Positions 54,801 through 64,000 of a stretch of DNA of 64,000 nucleotides are shown here, piece after piece (the stretch's first letter is position 1; each line of letters begins with the position of its first letter). A model generated the notes under the pieces. That model was not told the DNA's origin. It saw only the letters and a program-made list of their open reading frames with translations, and made no database searches. A program made the position numbers and the translations under genes. The stretch covers positions 341,310,001 to 341,374,000 of the forward strand of contig OZ024741.1 of NCBI GenBank assembly GCA_964016885.1. The letters run 5' to 3'. Source of the stretch: Eledone cirrhosa (Eukaryota).

Positions 54801-56890
54801 TGGTAGTAGTGGTGTTGGTGTCAGTAGTGGTGATGGTATTGGTAGTAGTGGTGTTGTTGTCAGTAGTGGTGATGGTATTAGTAGTAGTGGTGTTGGTGTT
54901 AGTAGTGGTGATGGTATTGGTAGTAGTGGTGATGGTATTAGTAGTAGTGGTGTTGGTGTTAGTAGTGGTGATGGTATTGGTAGTAGTGGTGTTGGTGTCA
55001 GTAGTGGTGATGGTGTTAGTAGTAGTGGTGTTGGTGTTAGTAGTGGTGATGGTATTAGTAGTAGTGGTGTTGGTGTTAGTAGTGGTGATGGTATTGGTAG
55101 TAGTGGTGTTGTTGTCAGTAGTGGTGATGGTATTGGTAGTAGTGGTGTTGGTGTCAGTAGTGGTGATGGTATTGGTAGTAGTGGTGTTGTTGTCAGTAGT
55201 GGTGATGGTATTGGTAGTAGTGGTGTTGGTGTCAGTAGTGGTGATGGTATTAGTAGTAGTGGTGTTGGTGTTAGTAGTGGTGATGGTATTAGTAGTAGTG
55301 GTGTTGGTGTTAGTAGTGGTGATGGTATTGGTAGTAGTGGTGATGGTATTGGTAGTAGTGATGTTGGTGTCAGTAGTGGTGATGGTATTAGTAGTAGTGG
55401 TGTTGGTGTCAGTGATGGTGATGGTATTGGTAGTAGTGGTGTTGGTGTCAGTAGTGGTGATGGTATTGGTAGTAGTGGTGTTGGTGTCAGTAGTGGTGAT
55501 GGTATTGGTAGTAGTGGTGTTGGTGTCAGTAGTGGTGATGGTATTAGTAGTAGTGGTGTTGGTGTTAGTAGTGGTGATGGTATTGGTAGTAGTGGTGATG
55601 GTATTGGTAGTAGTGGTGTTGGTGTCAGTAGTGGTGATGGTATTAGTAGTAGTGGTGTTGGTGTCAGTGATGGTGATGGTATTAGTAGTAGTGGTGTTGG
55701 TGTCAGTAGTGGTGATGGTATTGGTAGTAGTGGTGTTGGTGTCAGTAGTGGTGATGGTATTGGTAGTAGTGGTGTTGGTGTTAGTAGTGGTGATGGTATT
55801 GGTAGTAGTGGTGTTGGTGTCAGTAGTGGTGATGGTATTGGTAGTAGTGGTGTTGTTGTCAGTAGTGGTGATGGTATTGGTAGTAGTGGTGTTGGTGTCA
55901 GTAGTGGTGATGGTATTAGTAGTAGTGGTGTTGGTGTCAGTAGTGGTGATGGTATTGGTAGTAGTGGTGTTGTTGTCAGTAGTGGTGATGGTATTGGTAG
56001 TAGTGGTGTTGGTGTCAGTAGTGGTGATGGTATTGGTAGTAGTGGTGTTGGTGTCAGTAATGGTGATGGTATTGGTAGTAGTGGTGTTGGTGTAAGTGAT
56101 GGTGATGGTATTTGTAGTAGTGGTGTTGGTGTCAGTAGTGGTGATGGTATTGGTAGTAGTGATGTTGGTGTCAGTGATGGTGATGGTATTGGTAGTAGTG
56201 GTGTTGGTGTCAGTAGTGGTGATGGTATTGGTAGTAGTGGTGTTGGTGTCAGTGATGGTGATGGTATTGGTAGTAGTGGTGTTGGTGTCAGTAATGGTGA
56301 TGGTATTGGTAGTAGTGGTGTTGGTGTTAATAGTGGTGATGGTATTGGTAGTAGTGGTGATGGTATTGGTAGTAGTGGTGTTGTTGTCAGTAGTGGTGAT
56401 GGTATTGGTAGTAGTGGTGTTGGTGTCAGTGATGGTGATGGTATTGGTAGTAGTGGTGTTGGTGTCAGTAATGGTGATGGTATTGGTAGTAGTGGTGTTG
56501 GTGTCAGTAGTGGTGATGGTATTAGTAGTAGTGGTGTTGGTGTCAGTAGTGGTGATGGTATTAGTAGTAGTGGTGTTGGTGTCAGTAGTGGTGATGGTAT
56601 TGGTAGTAGTGGTGTTGGTGTCAGTAGTGGTGATGGTATTGGTAGTAGTGGTGTTGGTGTCAGTAATGGTGATGGTATTGGTAGTAGTGGTGTTGGTGGT
56701 GGTGATGGTATTGGTAGTAGTGGTGTTGGTGTCAGTAGTGGTGATGGTATTGGTAGTAGTGGTGTTGATGGTGGTGATGGTATTGGTAGTAGTGGTGTTG
56801 GTGTCAGTAATGGTGATGGTATTGGTAGTAGTGGTGTTGGTGTTAGTAGTGGTGATGGTATTGGTAGTAGTGGTGTTGGTGGTGTTGTTG
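45890..56890. repeat. 39-bp minisatellite, roughly 280 units (ggtgttggtgtcagtagtggtgatggtattggtagtagt)
   Basis: Direct reading; explains the 3790-aa and 3690-aa ORFs. Confidence 0.98.
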
Positions 56891-57249
56891 TTGGTGTTAG
56901 TGTGTTGATAGTATCAGTGGTGGTGATGGTATTGGTAACAGTAGCATTGTAGTTATTGTTGTTGTTGATAGTGGTGATAGTATAAGTGGTAGTAGTGGTG
57001 ATGGTAGTAGTGAAGGTGGTAGTAGTGGGGTTGTTGTTGTCAGTAGTGGTGATGGTTTTGTCAGTAGTGGTGGTGAGGTTGTTGTTGTTGTTAGTGGTGG
57101 TGGTAGTGTAGATGGTGGCTGGAACAGAAGTTAGAACCAGAAACAAGAAACTCTGAAAATGTTTATTATATCTTAGTAAAAGTTTTTTGTTTGTTTTGTT
57201 ATTCAATTTCTTAGAATAGTATAGGATGTTATTTCATTGTGGATCTACT

Positions 57250-57870
57250 TTAACCGTTTTGCTAGCAACCTAGCCAAAACTTGCTGTGGTTCTATAAAAC
57301 AAAATTACCTATTTTAACCCTTTAGCATTTACATTACTCTATATATACTATTGTATTTTTGTGGTAAAGGCTTTATCTTACATAATTATCTCACATAATA
57401 ACGAATCTATGAGATTTTTATTTTATTTATTTTGAGAACAATATCTTAACATCAGTTTGAGCAGCTGGCTATGATCAGTTTGAACAGAAAGAATTGAGAG
57501 AATTCTGGCCGGATATAACCGGTTTAAATGCTAATGGGTTAATGGGTTCCTATTAAACCCTTTTCCCACCAACCCAGTTGAAATTAGCTCTGGTTCTGTA
57601 AAAAAAAACCACCCATTTTAAAGAGTTCCTATTTCACCTTTTTATCAGCAACCTGGCCAAAACTATTTCTGGTTCTATGAAACAAAATCACACATCTTTA
57701 AGGGTTTCTATTTGACACTTTTGGTGCCAACCTGGCCTAAACCGACTAGTTCTATGAAACAAACAAACAATCCATTCTAATGGGTTCCTATTTAACTCTT
57801 TTGATACCAACCTAGCCAAAACAAACTCTGGGTCTCTGAAATAAAACCACCTGTATCAAAGATTCCCTAT
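57250..57870. repeat. Tandem ~80-bp repeats of a MITE left end
   Basis: ttaaccc.ttt...caacct.gccaaaac...tggttctat.aaacaaa recurs about 5 times. Confidence 0.7.
57318..57538. mobile_element. TTAA-flanked piggyBac-like MITE
   Basis: TTAA|CCCTTTAGCATTTA ... TAAATGCTAATGGG|TTAA. Confidence 0.8.
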
Positions 57871-58074
57871 CTAAATTAAAATCTTCCAACATAATTTTAT
57901 GTAAGAACCATTTAAGTTATGTTATAAACACCAAATTAATTTCAGTAAATCCTTCAAAATTCTTCATTAATTAATTGAAATAGAGTGTATTTAACTAGAA
58001 ATACAATCACAAAAGGGTTGAGGGTATATATACATTATACAGATATTGAATATAGCTCTATAATGAGGATATAA

Positions 58075-58595
58075 AATAATAGTATATAATACAGAAATTG
58101 AACAAGGGTGTATAATGAAGATATATAATGATGGTATATATTAGATAGATTGTGAAAAAGGGTGTATAATGAAAATATATAATGATGGTATATAGGTTTT
58201 GAACAAGGGGTGTATAATGAAGATATATAATGATGGTATGTAATATAGATTGTGAACAAGGGTGTATAATGAAAATATATAATGATGGTATATATAAGAT
58301 AGATTGTGAACAAGGGTGTATAATGAAAATATATAATGATGGTATATAGATTGTGAACAAGGGTGTATAATGAAGATATATAATGATGGTATGTAATATA
58401 GATTGTGAACAAGGGTGTATAATGAAAATATATACTGATGGTATATATAAGATAGATTGTGAACAAAGGTGTATAATGAAAATATATAATGATGGTATAT
58501 ATAATATAGATTGTGAACAAGCATGTATAGTAGTGATATACAATGATGCTATATAATATAGATATTGAACAAGCATGTATAGTAGTGTTATACAA
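58075..58595. repeat. ~50-bp minisatellite
   Basis: Unit gattgtgaacaagggtgtataatgaaaatatataatgatggtata, about 10 copies. Confidence 0.92.
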
Positions 58596-59179
58596 TATAG
58601 TTTCAACTACAATGTCAAATATGGCTTCCATTTTCAAAGACTCAAGCTTGCAATTAAATGGAGATTTGGCTGCTATTTCCAAACGTTTGAGTGACCATCA
58701 ACTGATTAATTTTTGGTTGAGACATACTGAGTTAAGTGTATTTATGCTAATAATGTTTGGGATTAAAGGGAGATTTGCCTGCTATTTCCAGGACGTTGTA
58801 CAATCCTGAGCAAACCACCTTTAGTTGGCACATACTCTGAAAGTCTGTATTTATCTAAAGTGACACCAAGATATTTGTTGTCACTTCAGAGCTAAGTGTG
58901 TGTATGCCAACAATGGACTTTACCATATTTATTAGGAGGCAAAACTATGATTGGAGATATTATCATCGAAAATGTCAAAGAATTTCCTATAGAATTTGTC
59001 ACTTTGGAAAGGAAATATTTAATATTTATTTATATTATTACTGTTTGTTGTGGTACGCAGAGAATTGCAATGTTATTTTGAATGAACTTGGAATTGGAGA
59101 ATTTACAGATTATGTATATATATATTTATACACACATACATAAATATGTCTGTCCATATATATATAAATGTATATACAT

Positions 59180-59218
59180 ATATAGATAATACCCTAATAT
59201 TAAACATTCATCTGATTC

Positions 59219-59280
<62 letters not shown>

Positions 59281-59398
59281 GAGTATATATATATATATAA
59301 AATATCCTAATATTACACATTCACCTGATTCATTATATAAATATATACACATATATATATATATATATATACACACATACACACATATATGTATATTA

Positions 59399-59473
<75 letters not shown>

Positions 59474-59510
59474 TATCCTAATATTACACATTCACCTGAT
59501 TCATTATATG
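59180..59510. repeat. ~35-bp unit x3 separated by (TA)n
   Basis: atcctaatattacacattcacctgattcattata repeated. Confidence 0.85.
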
Positions 59511-60187
59511 TATATATATACTTGAGACATTCCAATAATGTCATATGAAAAGGAAGTTAGGTGAGTCTAAAAAGCAATCTCATATCACAGTTTATACACT
59601 TAATAATGACACCTTTTACAATATTCCATATTCATCAAGACACCAGGTGTAGCTGCAGTAAACAAATAAAAATTTCCTCAGTTATTCTGCATCAACTGAT
59701 GTAAACTTTGACATTTTCCTTTTTCCTTTTTTTGTATTTGTTTCTGTAAGATTTGATGAAATAGCAATCATAAACCTAACATATTACTTTTCCAACCAAT
59801 GACAACTTTATCATTTCACCACACATTCTCAGAATGCTCATTTATATTTCTTCCTTTCTTCTCACTTTTTATGACTGCTGTAAAGCTGAAAATAAATACA
59901 ACTGATGTTTTTGTTTATTAGTTGGTTTGCAAGCATTATAAGGACATTTCCCTGCTATAGCAGGGGTTTAGTATTGCAGATTTCATAATAAACTTCATAC
60001 TCATCATGAAGTCATTACAGACGGATACCCTACCTGGAGCCAACTTTTTTAATAATAATGATAATAATAATAATAATGATGAAAGACGATGATGATAATA
60101 ATAAAGATAGCTTCCCATTTCCAAAGCCCAAGCTTTAACTCTTACTAAAAGACGTATTTAAGACTATTCAACAGAAATCGTAATATA

Positions 60188-60420
60188 ATCAGCTTGTCTC
60201 CCCACAGCTCTGGCGGACAGAATGGAGAAGGCGTTTCCCCGGAGGACAGCAAGGGAGACATGCTGAAAAAGCCAACTCATGGGGCTCACACCTGCGGCTG
60301 GCCAGCTCAGCGCCTATGGTGGTGAGTAGGGAGGTAGCCCTAGGGCCAAGGACACCAGAAGTCTCCACTGCCAAGGGTACAACCGCAAACCTGTCGGAGT
60401 TTGGCCTCCTCAGCCCGACG
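60188..60420 (-). mobile_element. CRE-like non-LTR C-terminal fragment
   Basis: VPLAVETSGVLGP.A..LL..IG..LA and, in a shifted frame, SLAVLRGNAFSILS. Confidence 0.75.
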
Positions 60421-60424
60421 TGCA

Positions 60425-60826
60425 ACAGAACCTGGGTTAGTCGCAGACTGCACCAAACAAAAAGCATCCAGTCTACCCTGTAAGGGGGTAGTATTGGTAC
60501 CATGACAAAAAATACCTAGTCAACCCTGAAATGTGGTTGTACTGGTGCCATGAAAAAAAGCATCCAATCTTTTCTGAAAGGTAGTTAAACTGGAGCCTTC
60601 ACAAATAACACCCAGTCAACCCAGAAAGGTGACAGTGCTGGTGCTGTAAAGAAAGCTCCCAGTACACACTGTAAGGTGGTTGATGTTAGGAAAAGGCATC
60701 TAAAAAACTAAACCAAAGACAAAGTATATGAACAAAGTGTAATCATTTGACTTGTCTGGCATCATATTGTGACAACCCATCTAACCCATGCAAGCATGGA
60801 AAATAGATGTTAAGTGGTGATGATGA
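60425..60826 (+). mobile_element. Old RTE-derived non-autonomous element with multiple tandem modules
   Basis: About 5 diverged ggtgcca..aaaagcacccagt..ctgtaa modules, then RTE tail and (TGA)n. Confidence 0.7.
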
Positions 60827-61959
60827 TACATACACATAAGTGTTTTAAGGCCATTTTCCCTACTAAAGCAAAGGTTAACTTTACAGCCTTCAATTTAAAA
60901 ATCATATTCTTCATGGGGTCATTTATGAAGCCATATTTTATAGCTTGATACCCTTCTTTGTGCCAACCCTTTTAATCATCTCTTCCAGCATGCAGGGACA
61001 CACACAACATTTTTAATGGAAAGAGGTAGTGAGGACTGATCTTAAAAAGCTGCACCTCCCAACAGTGATGACAAATGACCATGAGGATGGATGACATGCT
61101 ATGATGGTGAAAATCTGTCTACCAACTTAACCCATTCACATATTGCCACGGAGAATCTTTTTGTGTGTGTGTGTATTATTTGATAATATAGCAATCATAA
61201 ACCTAACATATTACTTTTCCAACCAATCACAACTTTATCATTTCATCACACATTCTCAGAATGCTCGTTCATATTTTTACCTTTCTTCTGATTTTTGATG
61301 ACTGCTGTAGGAAGGGCACCCAGCTATAAAAAATGGGGTCCTTTATGAGGTCATTTTTTACAGCTTGATGCCCTTTTTAATACCAACCCTTTTAATAACC
61401 TCTTCCAACACACAGGGATACTGTGGATTTATTCTAAATGGGATATACACACATTTTTTTTTTTTTTTTTTGTGAGTGCAAGATTCTATAAAATAGTAAT
61501 CACAAACCTAGCATATTACTTTTGTTCCAATGACAACTTCATCATGTCATCACTCATGCTCAGAATGCTCATTCATATTTCTACCTTTCTTCTGATTCTT
61601 ATGACTTCTGTAAACTTGTAAATAAATATGTTTGAGTTTTTTTTCTTTATCAGTTCAGTGAATGAAAAGAACTTTGATATACTTGTTATCAATATATACA
61701 CTTATAAGCTTGTATGAGCCTATATTAGAAGTTGTAATTCACATTAATCATATATTCTGCTAATACAAGGCAAGAAGCAAATGTCTGTTGGGAGCCATGA
61801 TGGTTTTATCTTTGTAGTAAAGAACTTGGACAGCAATATTCAACAATCACCAGCTTACAGTAAATCTCAGGGTCATTCCTACACTGTAATAGTATTATCT
61901 GTATTATTGTGGACATAAGAGCAGTCAGGTTTGATACCATGTGGAAATACAATGTGTGT

Positions 61960-62007
<48 letters not shown>

Positions 62008-62107
62008 TATATATATAGTTATATGTTTATATATATTATATATATATGTATATATGTATGTGTGTGTGTATGTATATATATATATATAAATAATTCGTTT
62101 TTGAATA

Positions 62108-62156
<49 letters not shown>

Positions 62157-62224
62157 TCATATATTTATACACACACACATATTTATTCATACATGTAAGT
62201 ATGTATGTATGTAATATTTGTGCA

Positions 62225-63595
62225 CATGAATAACAAGGTATATGTGAGCTGAGAGAAAAACTTTGCCTAAGATGACTTGATGTAGTGTGCAAGAGAGAAG
62301 GAGTGCATTGGTACAGACATGTGATGAGTATGAAAGACACAAGCTCTATAAAGTGCAGAGAAATCTGTGCTGAGGGAACTCATGGAAGAAGCAGACCCAG
62401 GAAGACATGGGAAGAGGTAGTGAAAGAAGCTGAACCTCACAACAGAGATAACAAAGGAGCACAAGGACTGGAGACATGTTGTGATGATGAAAACCTGTCT
62501 ACCAACTTAACCCATTCACATATATCTTCCTCCCCCATCTGATCTCACCCTTTAGCAGCTACCCTCACTATTGCCACCCCTAACCCACAAACCACCACTG
62601 TGGCCCCGTAGAAGCTATTAGCATCAATGTGCACCTCTACCCCCACCGCTACTTTATCCAGAGTCACCTCCACCTCTCCTTAATCCTAACATCCCCATTC
62701 TACCCAGGACCACACACACCCATCCTCTTATTCTATTCTAGATACTCATGCTAAACCCTGACACAGGTCATAGCCCCTAGTAACTGTTATCACTACACTA
62801 CCTCCCACACTGCCGAAGGTCTCCCTTCCCATCCACTACCACTCAACCCATCAAATCCCTCCACACTTAGGATTACCTTGCTCCCATCAATAAAGAAGAG
62901 AATGCCCTTCAGTTGAGTCAATGACACAATCTCTCTAATGATGGCACCCTGATAAATACACCCAGTAAACTCTGTATGTTAGTTGGCAATAGGAAGGGTA
63001 CCCCAATGTAGAAACTCTGCCAAACAGGTTAAGAGGACTCTCTAGTTACACCAGGAGAACGATAACCTCCCTAGTTTTGGTGATCTACATTATAAATGTA
63101 CCCACTACACTCTGTAAAGTGGTTGGTGATAGGACCTCCAGCCATAGAAAAGCTGCCAAACACAGGGTCAGGAAGATTTTTCAGCTACCCCAAAGACACG
63201 ACAATTTCCTTTGTGCTAGGGCTATGGTAAAATTTATTCAGAAAATGTTCCACTTTAGTACTGACCGGTCTTTGACAACATAACAAACCCTTGCTAGCAG
63301 GGAAAACGGACATTAAACATAGATGAGAAGACTGCGCTGGTATGGATATGTGATGTGCATGGAGGATGACCGCTGGGTAAAGAAGTGCCAAGAAATCCCA
63401 GTGGAAGGAAGATGCAGCAGAGGAAGACTACGAAAATCATGGGCGAAGGTGGTGAGAGCTGACCTCAGATCGCTGAAGCTCACAGAGGAGATGACAAAGG
63501 ACCATGATGAATGGAGATGCTGTGCTGAAAAGGACCCGTCCCACCCTTGCAAGCTGGGAAAAGCAGATGTAAATTGATGATCATGATAATGATGT
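62225..63595 (+). mobile_element. Cluster of old RTE 3' fragments (family-A-like end at 63320-63595)
   Basis: [21 protein letters not shown]; [20 protein letters not shown]; RTE tails at ~63285-63318 and 63534-63595. Confidence 0.8.
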
Positions 63596-63771
63596 ATGTT
63601 GTTTAGTAATTTTGTTGATTATTGGAGGTTACATCAATATGAACAAATTGATACTAGTCAGGTCTACCATAAAGTCCTAGAGCCAATCATCCCTGTAATA
63701 TATGTAACGTTCAATATACAATAAAAATATTTCAAAGTGAAATTTAGTTCTCTCATACATACAGTGTGTGT

Positions 63772-63774
<3 letters not shown>

Positions 63775-63821
<47 letters not shown>

Positions 63822-63833
63822 GAGAGAGGGAGA

Positions 63834-63867
<34 letters not shown>
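63775..63867. repeat. (GA)n microsatellite
   Basis: Direct reading. Confidence 0.98.
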
Positions 63868-63868
<1 letters not shown>

Positions 63869-64000
63869 AGATGAAGCATATAAACTGAAACTTCACCTCA
63901 CTGTTACTTTTGTACTTTGAAAAACAATTCCTACATTCTACTCACCAATATTGAATGCATATTTAGTTAATGTTTTAAATACTATGCCATTTTAAACACG

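Noticed and set aside
45872-56908. Val-rich 'membrane protein' ORFs and the two giant ORFs as CDS features
   Set aside because: They are alternative frames of one minisatellite, with no domains or other support for coding.
43295-59510. Regularly spaced repeats resembling CRISPR arrays (43295, 58075, 59180)
   Set aside because: No unique spacers and no cas genes; these are eukaryotic minisatellites.

Overview
AT-rich animal DNA made almost entirely of repeats. The SINE types, (TA)n density and RTE families suggest a cephalopod/octopod genome (inference). No host protein-coding gene can be supported. Mobile elements: one apparently intact RTE-clade LINE (1022 aa; APE endonuclease plus RT carrying an inserted C4HC3 PHD-type finger), many truncated RTE copies of two related families, two Penelope-like (Naiad-type) relics, Tx1/L1-like, R4/Dong-like and CRE-like fragments, tRNA-derived SINEs, two Helitrons and TTAA-flanked MITEs. 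There is also an ~11 kb 39-bp minisatellite. The most notable signal is a set of small non-coding islands inside (TA)n tracts that carry type I hammerhead ribozyme (HHR) motifs. Five are canonical or one base from canonical (4701, 8288, 24412, 37450, 38142) and several more are degenerate. They are arranged as terminally redundant units or fold-backs, consistent with Penelope pLTRs or retrozyme-like non-autonomous elements. All structures were folded by eye; no database search was run.
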